This document shows, piece after piece, positions 13,031 to 25,523 of a stretch of DNA of 64,000 bases. The stretch is from Anthoceros angustus. Its lineage: Eukaryota > Plantae > Anthocerotophyta. The notes under the pieces were generated by a model, which worked only from the letters and a program-made list of their open reading frames with translations, was not told where the DNA came from and made no database searches. Both the position numbers and the translations under genes were made by a program. Position 1 is the first letter of the stretch, and each line of letters begins with the position of its first letter. The stretch spans positions 2,257,478 through 2,321,477 of the forward strand of contig MU008158.1 of assembly GCA_010909165.1 (NCBI GenBank), given 5' to 3'.

Positions 13031-13783
13031 CCTTTTGCCGTGACCCACGGGGTCTCTCTTTGATGTCTTTTGCTGGATGGGTTCTTCTCATCATTTTTTT
13101 CTTCAATAAAGTTTCATTATTGTTTTTAGATGATCACGAATTCAATGTGGCGCCAAGGTGCTATTCACCTATCTTATGAAATATGAGTCAAATCATTATA
13201 ATTATCTTTTGCAGCACACTTGCAATTATATGCATTAGATTGTTGCCACACATTGAGGTCAAAGTTTTCCTAAGGTCAATGCTCTCTTTGCTCTTTGGAT
13301 CAATTATTTAGTAGAAAAGGGGCCTTGCTCATTGCCCAATGCCTTAACAACTTCGTGGCTTTAACTTTTTCTCTAAGATTGCTCCTTTCTAGACATCTCA
13401 CGAGTTTCCTTTTGCGTGACCCACGGGTCTCTCTTTGATGTCTTTTCTTGGATGGGTTCTTCTCATCATTTTTTTCTTCAATAAAGTTTCATTATTGTTT
13501 TTAGATGATCACGAATTCAATGTGGCGCCAAGGTGCTATTCACCTATCTTATGAAATATGAGTCAAATCATTATAATTATCTTTTGCAGCACACTTGCAA
13601 TTATATGCATTAGATTGTTGCCACACATTGAGGTCAAAGTTTTCCTAAGGTCAATGCTCTCTTTGCTCTTTGGATCAATTATTTAGTAGAAAAGGGGCCT
13701 TGCTCAGCCCAATGCCTTAACAACTTTCGTGGCTTTAACTTTTTCTCTAAGATTGCTCCTTTCTAGACATCTCACGAGTTTCC
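13031..13783. repeat. ~377-bp near-identical tandem duplication
   Basis: 13031-13407 is repeated at 13408-13783, differing mainly by 1-2 bp indels. Confidence 0.92.
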
Positions 13784-14087
13784 ACTGCTTTGTAACTTAA
13801 TCTTTATTCAATGTTAAGTAATAGATGAAGAAAAATTAAAAAATAGATCATACTTTTATAAACTTTTTCAAAAGCCTTGCAAGTTTTGTTCATCTATTAC
13901 TTAACATAGTAAGTTCTTTTTAGTAGTCTTGAAAACTTCTCAAGCACCTCCACAACACATGTCAATGACCCATCAAATTATGACAAACAACAAAATCCAA
14001 GGTTAAAAAATATTTTATAAAACATTTATTTATTTATTTAGAATAAAACTTATGTTAAAAAAAAAACTTGCATAGACTTACCACAGT

Positions 14088-14258
14088 TCAAGAAAAAGTA
14101 GGACTATATATGATAATAAGATAATAATAATATACAATATCTATATATGATACTAAAATACTGATAACAGCTCAAGGAAAAGTAGAACTATATATAGTAA
14201 TAATATAATAATAATAATAATATACAATATCTATACATGATACTACGATACTGATAAT
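14088..14258. repeat. ~85-bp AT-rich tandem repeat, 2 copies
   Basis: CAAG.AAAAGTAG.ACTATATA...ATACTGATAA occurs twice. Confidence 0.75.
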
Positions 14259-14375
14259 GTACATTATCTCATACCCTTATTAGATTGCCAAAGTGTGTGC
14301 TTGAGATCTTTCCTCCGCATTAGGTAGTAATCAGTAAGAAGATTAGTTGTGACAAGATTTAGCGCATAGCAAATC

Positions 14376-15137
14376 ATGCAGGGCAAGAGCCTACGTACGC
14401 TGTGTGTGAAGACGTGCGGCTTGTTGGGCCATCCCGAAATGCTCAACATGTGTTCAGCATGTTACAAGATGGAAGTCAAGAAGATGTGGGCTAGAGCAGG
14501 AGTTGGCACCGGCGTAGGCCCCGTCCGGCGTTCCTATCTTAGGAGGTTGAACTCCAAAGCCGCGGGCATCACCTCGCGCCTGCCCCAATTGTGCATAAAA
14601 CGATGTGGAATGAAACGCGGACATCCAAGCAGGGGAGGCATGTGCCGCCGCTGTCACAACAACGAGCTTGCGAGAGCGAGCAGGATGGATTCCAAAAGAA
14701 TGGAAGCGGAAGCCGCCACCAGACACAGCCCCGACAGGCTTGAAGATTTGGAACCGGTGACGCCTTTAGGAAGTGTACCTGCTGGGGTTTTGAAGTTTCC
14801 TCCTACCACTCACACCGAGTCTGTAGCACCGGAATCTAAGCCTTTCAGCTCGGAGGAGCTTGCGGGCATGGCAGAATCCAATTTCCCGCAGATCAGAGAA
14901 GAGGCTGCAGAATTAGCCGTTACGAATGCGTGCCGAACCACGCCAAAAAACCGCTGTTTCACATGCAATAAGCGAATCGGAGTGTGTGCCCTGGGCTGCC
15001 GCTGCGGGCACGTCTTTTGTTCTTTACATCGCTTGGCCGAGCACCACAATTGTGCCTTCGATTTCAAGACTTTGGGAAAGCTTGCAATTGCTGAAGCCAA
15101 TCCCCGTGTCCAAGCCACAAAACTAGATGGGATCTAA
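14376..15137 (+). CDS. A20/AN1 zinc-finger stress-associated protein (SAP), two A20-like fingers, intronless
   Basis: LCVKTCG...NMCSACYK and LCIKRCG...GMCRRCH, plus the AN1 finger RCFTCNKRIG..CRCGHVFCSLHR...NPRVQATKLDGI. Confidence 0.9.
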   Translation: MQGKSLRTLCVKTCGLLGHPEMLNMCSACYKMEVKKMWARAGVGTGVGPVRRSYLRRLNSKAAGITSRLPQLCIKRCGMKRGHPSRGGMCRRCHNNELARASRMDSKRMEAEAATRHSPDRLEDLEPVTPLGSVPAGVLKFPPTTHTESVAPESKPFSSEELAGMAESNFPQIREEAAELAVTNACRTTPKNRCFTCNKRIGVCALGCRCGHVFCSLHRLAEHHNCAFDFKTLGKLAIAEANPRVQATKLDGI

Positions 15138-15766
15138 TATGGAGTTAACTTACAGCCGGGCTCATAAGCCGTCGTTCAGCCGTTCTCTAGTTCACAGATC
15201 TGTGTCACTATGTAAAGTTCCATTGTTAACGATTACAATTTACAAGTCAAACACAGCATTCTTGGGAATTCCCAGATGCTTTAGGAGTCGATTTCGTGAG
15301 AGTAAAGCGCACACAAACTTTTTAGTGTGGTCTTCGATGACGAATCATCAGTTCACCTTAAAGAATCTTGAATCCTGTTCGCCTGACGAGCGCCAGTGTG
15401 GCATGTGTATCACCTGACATACTGCACATTTCGTATGCATTGTTTTGCTGGAGGCTCTGTCAATGGAGCTCGATGATGAGACTGAGCACTGCTACCTGCC
15501 CCCTGACACTTTGTAAGCTTCCAGGTGTCTTAGATAGCTTTCCTTGTCCGTTTGTGCTATTTTGTTCGGCTGTCCGATGCCTCTTATGGGAGGTGGAGTT
15601 GCAGCCTCCAGAATCGGGTATGACTTGCAATTGAGCATTCTCTTGCTGCTCACCAACTTCTCTCGTTCCCAGTTCGGGTTTCTGTTTCCCCACACTGAGC
15701 CAGACTAGTACTAGTAGTGTCCCAAGTTCAGTCCAAGTGCTCCAGATCCAGTTTGGGAAGAGATCC

Positions 15767-16318
15767 ATGGCTTCAGGCTCCTTACCTGTCTGGCTTCTGT
15801 TCCTGGTGCAGAGCTTCGCACTTGCCATTCTGGCAGCAGAGGCGGCAAAGGCACTGCCACTTAGGACTCCCAACAGCTTTCTGGTGGGAGGTGAGGTGCA
15901 ATGGACGTTCGGGTTCGACTACTCCTCTTGGGCTCAAGGCTTGAGCCCCTTCTTCGCCAACGACACGCTTGGTACGTGATCTCAACTGAGGGTCAGAACT
16001 TGGAGGTCCAATTCTCGAGTCTGAGTTGAAGTTGAAAACAAGCACGGCTTGTGTTAACGTACATAGAGCCGCGGGGAAATTGGTGCAGAATTCGACTATG
16101 TTCCAGCCCACAATGTGCTGCTGTTCAAGGATGCAAGCCACTATTCCACGTGCAACTTCACGGAAGCCACGCTTCTTGCAGACGAAAGTGGGGGGGTCCC
16201 GGGATTCGTCTTCACTCTCGCCAACAGCAACACAACCTACCTGTTCGGATGCTCCAAGGGCAGAAACTTCAGCCACTGCAATGCTGGACTGATGAAATTC
16301 TCGGTCCACACGCAGTAG
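15767..16318 (+). CDS. Phytocyanin (plantacyanin-like blue copper protein), 2 exons
   Basis: Signal peptide and VGGEVQW..DYSSWA..F..NDTL. Intron at about 15972-16088. Copper ligands in HNV and GC..SHC..LMK. Confidence 0.9.
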
Positions 16319-16320
16319 TA

Positions 16321-16341
16321 ACCAGTTAAGAGGCAGTGCAG
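16321..16341 (+). promoter_or_regulatory. miR408 target site in the phytocyanin 3' UTR
   Basis: ACCAGTTAAGAGGCAGTGCAG versus the perfect complement GCCAGGGAAGAGGCAGTGCAT: 17/21 match, miRNA nt 2-14 fully paired. Confidence 0.8.
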
Positions 16342-16686
16342 TGTCTGTTGTCATCATCTGTAACCTTTGTGTCGTCCTTGCAATTGGGACACATTTGTAA
16401 CCTTTGTGTCGTCCTTGCAATTGGAATGAGCACTACCAGATATTTATATCTGCAGCTGGGCTGCTAACGCTTCTCCTTCTCATGACACATTGTCACTCCA
16501 TCTTCAGCTAACACCGCATCGCGTGTGACAGGCTCTGCCAAAGCAGAACGCAAGCACGAACAACACGCAAGCCATTATCCAACAGTAAACATAACGCTTA
16601 TGGCATTTCTGAAATGCAAGAGCGGATCGCTTGGAGATATTTTTTGAGCCGACGATTCTAGCAGCACTTTGCATTTCCGGCAAGCC

Positions 16687-18017
16687 ATGATGGCCACGGC
16701 AGATCTGGTTGCCTCCACGTCCGCTGGATGCTTACCCTGTCTTGCCAGGGCAGCGTCCTTCTCCACATCGGCAGCTCGATGGAGTGTACTAACAGTCAGC
16801 CGCAGGTTGGTACTTCCAGGTTTGACACATAGCACAAGGGCCAGGAGGAAGGCTCTTTGCAGAGCCCTCAATGAGAGCGCAGCTCAGAGCGAGGTGGTCT
16901 ACCAGGGGATATATGGTCCATGGAAGGTGGAGCCAGCTGATGTGCGAGAGGTACGCCCACAGATTGCCTCGATTTGGAGACAGGAAATTGTCTTCCGGCA
17001 TGTAGACTGAAGCCGTGGTTTGGGTTTGGTGCTGTTGGATCCTTTGCTGGGCAGGTGGTCCTGTACAGAGCTGGGCTGGTAGCAAGTGCGGCGTCGTTCG
17101 TGACAGCGGCATCCACTGCTGTGTTGCCACAAGACAGTCCTATCGCCGTTGCCGTGAAAGGATCATATGACATCCTGTACGCTGTCGGTGCCGGAGGATT
17201 AGGCCTTTCCCTGGCCTTGATACACATCTATGTCACCCCCATCAAGCGAACTCTCCAACTACTATGGCTGGCCGGAGCTCTTGGCTCCTTAGGGTTGGCG
17301 GTCAATTTTGCAGCACCAGCAGACGAAGGGCTGGTGACATTTGTGCTGGCTCACCCAGCAGCGGTGTGGGGAGTCGGGCCTCTCTTTGCTTCTCTAACGG
17401 GCCTTGTCTTCAAGGAAGGTGAGTGCACATCAAGTTCAAGCTTCCCTGCACCCTGCCTTGCCTTGTCCAAAAATAAGGCATTGGCATTGCCTGAAACCTC
17501 GTTAAGGATTTTCTCTCTTTCAGGCCTTTGCTATGGAAAATTAGAAGCTGCAGCCCTCTTCTTCGTTATACCCACTCTGCTGCTCGGCCATCTGGTAATT
17601 CTCCCTCTTCCGTGGTAGATAATTTGTTATCTCACCTTCTTGTAACGATGAAGAACATAGCTTAGCAGAATATCTAGACTTGTGCTGTTACTGAGAGATG
17701 GACAGATCATGTCACCACCTGGCAGTCTGGTGCTATGGACAAGAACTTGGAGCTTGGGCTTTTGGCTGCGTGGACAGCCCTCTTCGTCATCTTTGCTAGC
17801 CGCAAGTTCACTCAACCCATCAAGGTATGCAACCCAACGTGTACCCACCTGCTTGCATCAATGGTGAACGAGACTGATCAACATCCTTCTGACTTCACTG
17901 CCGCAGGACGACATCGGAGACAAGTCAGTCTTCATTTTTAACGCTCTGCCTCAAGCTCAGAAGGAGGCCTTGTTATCCCAGTTGCAGCCGAAAGAAGTGG
18001 ACGACTCACGTACTTAG
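16687..18017 (+). CDS. DUF2301 chloroplast integral membrane protein, 5 exons
   Basis: Transit-peptide-like N-terminus. Motifs YQGIYGPW, VVLYRAGL, IHIYVTPIKRTLQ, FKEGLCYGKLEA and RKFTQPIKDDIGDKSVF. Confidence 0.88.
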
Positions 18018-18536
18018 AGTCACGGCCTTCTCCACTGCAGACAGCATGACAGAAAGAGGTGGTGTCCTAAAGATGAAAGTGGGTGACATTACCTATCTCA
18101 AATACATATGTACAAAGCATCTGGTTATGACTAGGAATAGGCACAGCAGTTGGTGTGGTGGTACAGCAACGGACACAACATGTGAAAGCTGCCTTGCACA
18201 CTTTTGAAAAGTTGGACATGAGTTCTGGCCAAACATGGCGTTGGGTTCGAGAGACGGGCCGGCTAAGTGCGACTTACATTAAGACCCTAAAAAGAATGAT
18301 GGACAGGAGTGACCCCAACACATTCTACAACAAAATCGGCAGTGCCATTTCTGATAGCATTTCTCTCTCAGGATATGCACTGTCAGTTCCCCCGCCATTA
18401 TACAGAGCAGCCCCCAGAAAGGTAGAGAGAGCTCCGCTCTCCAGATTGGCGCCTGGACAGACGGGAGGCGGGAAAAATAATTGGCTCTTGAGCCGGCGGG
18501 TCCGGGATGGGAAGGTGGGAAGCGGGGCAACTTACG

Positions 18537-21247
18537 CTACCAAAATCTATCCACGTTCACACTGAGGTAGCCGGCCATGAGCTTACCGCCGGTGGCCCGC
18601 ATTGCGTCGATAAGGTAGCACCAAGTGGAGCCCAAGGCCCCGATGAAGTAGTCGCACTCGACGGCCATTAGGAAGTTGACGAAGGAATTGGTGGAGGCCC
18701 GTTCCGTTCCCAGGCTCTTTAGGTACGCCGCCATGGTGGTCCCGCCCGTCTGCCGGCTCACGTTGGTGTAGTAGAAGTTCCAGCCTGAGTAGTTCTTGGA
18801 CGCGTCCACCACCTCCTGCACATTGTTCATTGTAGGTGGCAAGTGACTGCATGGAGCTGGAGCTTGCGCATGGAAGGGGCGGGGCCTGTTTGGGCAAGAT
18901 TTACTACCTGCATTTCAGTGGAGAGCCAAACGTCTCGAACGTGTGGGAATCTTCTTCTCAGCCGGTTGGCCAAAATCATGTAGCCTTCGAAGTCCACAAG
19001 CTTCATCTCGGAGCCCTTGTCTCCGATCCGGACATGGATGTTGAGCAGGGGCCTGGGAACCCACGGCTTCTGGCCCCTCCACACCCACTTCTCCATGTCC
19101 TGCTCCTGCTCCATACTCCCACGCCAAGTCTGATCGGCCAGGACATGTGCATCTCACATCAGTACCTGCTGGATACTGTATAGACATACATACAAGCATG
19201 CCCTGACTTTGCTGTCACCTGTGACCCGTGCATCTACAGCTAGGTCTGCCAGAGAGCTAGGGGAAAGCGACCCTTTCAAGAGCATCACGGACCTGGTTAG
19301 CAGCGCGGAGGACATTGGTGGCAGCTTTAACTCCAAAGGCCGCGTGCCTGGCTCTGTTCATCAGCATGCATGTGTACTCTGTTTGAAACCTCATGAGATA
19401 GCGAAGGGCCTGCACGGCACACGGAGTTACTGTATCTGATCTGTCATCACTAATTTCATGCAAAAATGTTGCCCTCATTCCAAACCGTCGTCTTCTGCGT
19501 AAGAAAAAAAGTTGACAGTACTTGAGATCGCCACCATCGCACGTCTCTGAATTCATGCATTTTCGTGTAGAGCTGGCCCTCGACTTCCAGCGTCGGCTGC
19601 ATGTGGTCCCAAGGATTGCCCCACAAACTGCAAGTGTACCCAACCAAGCATCATCCGTTACAAGACCCTTCCATCATGCTAAGGGCCCTCAAAACTCTTT
19701 TGCACAAAGGATGAAAAATAGCACAGCGCCCTTTTTTTTTTTTGTAGTTCGAAACCATCTGCTGTGAAGAGATGAACTTACTCAGGAGCCGGTCCCATCC
19801 ACACATTGTAAGAGGAGGGAATATGCTGCTCCAGCCACACAATACCGTCTGCCACCGCCCGCGGATCGTTGAGCAACTCCTCTGCTCGGAGCCGGCACTC
19901 AGGCGTGGTCTCCGGCAGGAAATAGCAGGACCACCTCCTGCTCTTCCGGCCTGCAGCCACGTTACAGTGAATCCCAAAGAAGGAAATTGTGACTCTCCAG
20001 GAGAAGAATGTGACGGTCCCACGGCCTGCGGTGGCTGATAAAGGCAAGGACGGACTCACCTTCGCAGGCGGGGTGGCCGGCTCGGTTGAAGTCCTGCATC
20101 ACAAACACGCGCTTTTCTTTCACAGCTATGGAGAACATGCCGGTCATGTGGTGGATTTGGGCGCCCAAGCCATAGTGCTCGTAGGCGGACCAGTGGGGCG
20201 CAAGGAACTTGATGCTGGGGTCGTTGCAGTCGCGGGGGTGCTGCATCAGCCATATGTCCCGCTGCGCCCTCCTCGTCATGGGCAGATTGTCCTCGTCCGC
20301 TCCTTCCACCTGGCCACAGTCACACAGTTCATTCCTCTCATCACATCAGTGAACATTGTCAGACAACACACAGTTCATTCCTCTCATCCAATCGGTGAAC
20401 ATGGTCAGACAGCACACAGTTCACTCCTCTCATCATCACTGAACATGGCCAGATGACAGACTTGGCCATCTGCTGCTATGAAGAAGGCGAGTCTGACTCG
20501 GATTTACCCAGGGAGGATAAGGCCCATACACTAATCCTTGTTGGTCGCCTAGCAGCTCCTCCGAGAGCTCCACCTCCACAGCCTTGAAAGCGCTGTCCAG
20601 CCCCGCAATCCGACCCTTCCACAAGGACCAAGCAGGGCGGCTGCCATCCGGGCCCCGGGAGTCCAGCCTAGTGTACTCCTCCACCTTGGCGGGGCAATCC
20701 TCCAGATGAGGAGGTACCAGGCTCACATTCACCAGATTCCTCTCCGCCTCTTGCAAATACGGGTCACCCGGGTCCCTGGGGTAGTTCAGATACGCGGAGC
20801 TCTCCCACAGGGCAAGCAGCCAGTTCACGCGTTCCATCTCGGAAGGTAGAGGATCCCCATCCAGCGTCGTCCAGGAAGTATTTGCAAAACCTGCTAGCGG
20901 CAAAGGGTCCGATGATCAATGAAAACATCACACCAGCCACGCACCCAACCAGCATCCCCTCAGGGATGCCACATCTTAGCAACCTGAAGAGCAAGCAAGC
21001 ACCAGGGACTGACAGCAATCTGGAATCTTGCTACTGGAAACTCACTGTAGTTGTGCCTCGGCTGGCGATACGCGTCGAACAAACCGATCGGGAGCTGTGT
21101 CACAACAAACCACATGCTCAGGCCGTAGAACAAGCCGATCGGGATCCCGAACGTGATGCCCTTGCACAACGGCCGCAGCCTGGGGACGTTCATCCCGCCG
21201 CCAATCTGAGGAGACGCCGCCATTATCTGCCTCGGGCTCTCATACAT
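18537..21247 (-). CDS. GT23/alpha-1,6-fucosyltransferase-like type II membrane protein, multi-exon
   Basis: N-terminal TM segment. Motifs GADEDNLPMTRRAQRDIW..QHP, HVRIGDK..EM and NFLMAVECDYFIGALGSTW. Confidence 0.78.
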
Positions 21248-22042
21248 AAGCTGGAGCCAGCACCTTTGCCACCTTCTCGCCTCCTCCTGAGAGACTCACA
21301 GCACCTGCGAGATCCTACTTGATTCCCCCACCCGTCTACGAGCGATCCCTTCACCTTCACTACTCTGGCCCTGGAATCATCGCGTGGCCAGCCATCCGCC
21401 GCTCTTGCGGCCAACCAGCACCTGGAAGAAGGGAATGCGTGCTTGGAGCGTGCCAACCGGAATCCTGCCGATGGCGGCGCTCCCAAACCTGTGATCACTT
21501 GCTGCCCGCGACTCCATCAGCAGCAGCTAGGGGGACGCCGAATTGCAGGATGCTGCTACTGACGGTATGGTTACCAGGGGCAGAGAGAGAAACTGCGACG
21601 ATCGGCCGTCACTGCGGCCGAGAAGGCCAGAAAAGCCGCACCCGGAACTGTCCAGGCAAAGCCAACTTGCCAAATCAAGAACTGTTGCCTGGGATACCGG
21701 CAGTAAACAGGACTCAGTCACGACCTTTCAAAAGCAACGAGCCACATTAGCAGGACCAAACCACGGCACCAGGGAGGCCTACAGTGATAATGATCAGAGC
21801 GCTGAAAGGCTTTTGTTCCGATGATTAGTGCTTGCACCTAGACTACCTACTTCACACTGGTAGATGGGACGAGCGACACTTCCTCGATAACATACGTCCG
21901 TGTCAACAGAGGCTCCGGTTGTTAGTTTGTGACTAAATTTCAATTAAATTTGTCAGATAACTTACATCTTGTGAAGGATGACGTGACTATGATGCGAATT
22001 CTTTCGCCCGACTTCAACTACTGTCTTGTCTCTTTTGAACTC

Positions 22043-23263
22043 TCACTTGACTGTAAGGAGCTCGACATTCAACTCGAATGTTGCATCCGGCTGAGGACAA
22101 AACCAAAGCATCAGAAACCCGTGCTTCTCACACAGTGTAGAGGGAAGGTTTGGGACTACGAGAGTCCGGTTCTACGACTTACAGGGATTTCATTGAAGCC
22201 CCTCTTCCCGTATCCTGCTTCTGGAGGTACGATGACAATTCGCTGCAGACACCAGGGAAGGTTCAAAGTATAAGCAAGGCAACCACGTCATGTAGGTGTT
22301 TCTTCCTGTATGCTTCCCAACCAGCAACCCTCATATGGCTCCAGGCGATTGATGCGCACAGACTCTCCTGATTACCTTTCCACCAACACGCATGCCAGCG
22401 ACTATGGAGTACAAGGCCGGAGGAGGTTTAGGCGACGCTTGAGCTGAATAAAGTCCATTTGCATTTTCCACAAACTCTGGCTTGCGTTCCCTCCCCGGAA
22501 TTGAACCGACAATGAGCTCGTATGGCTACACAAACCGCACAGAAGATGAAGTACTTGAAGTTTCCAACCTTCCAGCTCCCTGCACCGTACCGACTGGCCA
22601 GACAGGAAGGAAACTCATATCCACCTCAGCGATTGTGCGATTCCCGCCAAGGAGCTTGGACTGGCGACTTGATACCACATTAATGCTCCCAAAAATGACA
22701 TCAAAATGTACCTGCAACATACACACACCAATAAGTGCACCAGCAGCGGAGGCATTGTACGGGAAAACCAGATCCCGTGCAGCTTCCTTTCAATCTGTCC
22801 AAGCTGCTGGAAAAGGGAGCACAAACCAAGACCGTCTTGCCAATGTCAGCAGAAGGTCCGTTCCCCTGCAGCACGTCATAGAACTTGAGACCGTCACCTG
22901 CTGCATCCAATGGTGCTGTTAAAAGGAAGGCCGTTTACACAATCAGGAAGGCCCCCGGCATGCGTCCCGCAGCAAATGACCTGAAGTCTGGTAGTCATCC
23001 AGAGGGATGACTCTCCTGTCCCGCCTGGGCCGGGCCTGGGCGGGCTGGTCGGTGACAAAGGCAGAGAGCAGGACCAGGCACAGCGCCAATCTCCTGCTGG
23101 GAGACTCTACTTGCAATGTGGAGAGGGAGGATTCCAGCGCCGATGCCGACGCCAGGCGCACCACGGTCCTGCGACGCGCCCTTCCCCGCCGGCTTCCATC
23201 GAGCAGGCGCGTGAATGCGGGCGTCACGCGAGGCAGACTTGTGCAGAGCTGCAGGGCGGCCAT
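22043..23263 (-). CDS. FKBP18: Thylakoid-lumen FKBP-type peptidyl-prolyl isomerase
   Basis: Transit peptide with RR and AQA. Motifs DGLKFYD, SKLLGGNRTIAEPYE, NANGLYSAQASPKPPPA, GMRVGGK and VPPEAGYG..G.NEIP. Confidence 0.85.
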
Positions 23264-24026
23264 CGCTCCGGCACAGTCCTCCGGGTGGAGCTCGTGTTCC
23301 CATGGCGGTTCCCTTCAGCAGAGCAGGTGGGAACGGGGTAGGCCATCGAATGTCACGTTCGTATGACGGGCCCCGTGAAGCAACCCTAACGCAGGCGACT
23401 CCGTTCCGTTACTGAAGCCTTCATTGGGAGTGCCTCCAAATTTGCCGGGCTCGGGACTTGCTTTCTTCGGACCGCGCTGCGGACGGAGCGGGGGCTCGAC
23501 TTTGCCTACATTGTTGCACAGCCACCCGCAATCCGGCCTCCCGCAGCTGTGTAAATTTCCCGGTTGCATCGGACTTCGATGCGATCGGGGCTGGCGGGCA
23601 GGCAGCCACGGAAGGGAGCGGGGTGTGTTGTGGGTGTGTTCATTGTGGTAGCTTGCACAGCGTGTGGAGGGTGCACGACGAGGAGGAGTTGCTGCTGCTG
23701 GGGCAGTTTGCTGGGGTAGGGATTGGGAGATGGGATTGTGGTGACCGGGGTTTGCTGCGGTGTGTGGTACGAATCTGTACGGAAACCGAGGGCCTGTACT
23801 TTGATCTGTCAGGGCTGTGCTATGAGACGAAGGTGGAGTTGCGACGCTGTATCAAGCGTGTGGAATCTTGTGGAAATTGGAGTGGTTTTGCAGCTTGCGG
23901 AATTGAGGCTCGGCGGGGGAGTATGTAGGTGTATATAGCATGCGGAAGGTGGTTTCTTTGTGGTGAGATGTAAGGCTGTCAGAGGAGAAAGTGGTGCTCC
24001 TGCTGAGAGCACGTGACACTGCAAAA

Positions 24027-25269
24027 ATGCAGGTTTTGGATGTTGAGGGAGGCAAAGGAGCTGCTCCGGCCCCGAAAAAGCGGCCAGGGCAACTCAAATT
24101 TGTGTTTGTCTGTCTCATCATAGGAGCAGCTGTCATCCTGCTGGTGGTGATGGGATTTGTGCCGCGGTATTTTGGAGTCCAAGGGGGAATGCTGTTCCGC
24201 GGCAGTCCTTGTGAGCTCGTCACTAACGTGTTTGATTTTCAGCGGATGAGGGCGGTTTTTGGTCGGGGTATTCACTCTCTGAGTCACAATTACACTGATG
24301 AGATGCTCTTTTGGATGGCTTCCATGGAGCCTCAAAGATCAAATCCTGAGTTGCAGTTCCCACGTAAGGTGGCGTTCTTGTTCCTGGTGAAGGGGAAGAT
24401 CCATTTTGCACCACTGTGGGAGAAGTTTTTCAGCGGACAGGAGGGTCTCTACTCGATCTATGTGCATGCTTCACCGGACTATGCTCCAGTGCATGAAAGA
24501 TCCTCCGTCTTCTATGGTCGTTATATCCCCAGTCAGGTGAGCTGTATGACATATTTGTGGGTGGTTATCTTATGAAGTGTTATCAAGACTTGTGCCATTT
24601 GAACTAACGTGCTCTGTGGTATGTTTTCGGCAGCCCACAGCTTGGGGTGAGATAACAATCTGTGATGCTGAGAGGAGATTGCTGGCCAATGCTTTGCTAG
24701 ACTTCTCTAACGAGAGATTTGTGCTGGTGTCGGAGTCCTGCATACCCCTCTTCAGCTTCAGCATTGTTTATAACTACTTGACAGCATCAAAGTTCAGCTT
24801 TACGTCAGTATTTGACGATCCAGGGCCGTTTGGAAGGGGTAGGTATGTCGATGCTATGGCACCAGAGGTGACGAGTGAACAGTGGAGGAAAGGAAGCCAG
24901 TGGTTTGAGATGAACCGGAAGCACGCAGTTGCTGTAGTTTCAGACACCAAGTACTACGCCAAGTTCAGCGCCTATTGCAAACCAGCGTGCTATGTTGATG
25001 AGCACTACATCCCTACGCTGTTGAGCATTGAGTACGGTGGTGAGCTAGCTAACAGGAGTATCACCTTCACGGATTGGAGCAGAAGTGGGTGGCACCCGGC
25101 CACTTTCGGCGAGAATGATATAACTCCCAAGTTTCTTCTGGACAAGCAGAACATCAAGGACTGTACATGGAACGATCTTCCTGATCGGGTTTGCTTCATG
25201 TTTGCGCGAAAATTTGCTCCTTCGGCCCTGCAGCGGTTGGAACACTTGTTAGATCTGGAGTCCGCTTAA
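24027..25269 (+). CDS. Core-2/I-branching (DUF266, GT14-like, BC10-like) glycosyltransferase, 2 exons
   Basis: KVAFLFL..G..FAPLWEKFF, AERRLLANALLDFSNERFVLVSESCIPL, WRKGSQWF, DEHYIPT and FARKFAP. Confidence 0.93.
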
Positions 25270-25523
25270 CATCCAATTAACTTCTGCATTGGTTGGCCCC
25301 GTCATCCGGGCCGTGCAGGGGATTTTGTCCATTGTGAAAACTGTGGAGGCTGGCCGCCTTGAAATCTTGTAAAGATCTCGTCATTCGTCCAGGGTACATC
25401 GAGCCTGGGAGTCCACTGCCTATTTGCTATCTTCCGAAAAGAGCCGGCACGTCAGTGGGAACTAAGACACAACAAAATTGTCCAGTGCTACGCTCGCTGC
25501 CGAGGACTACGGTCGGGTCGCCA

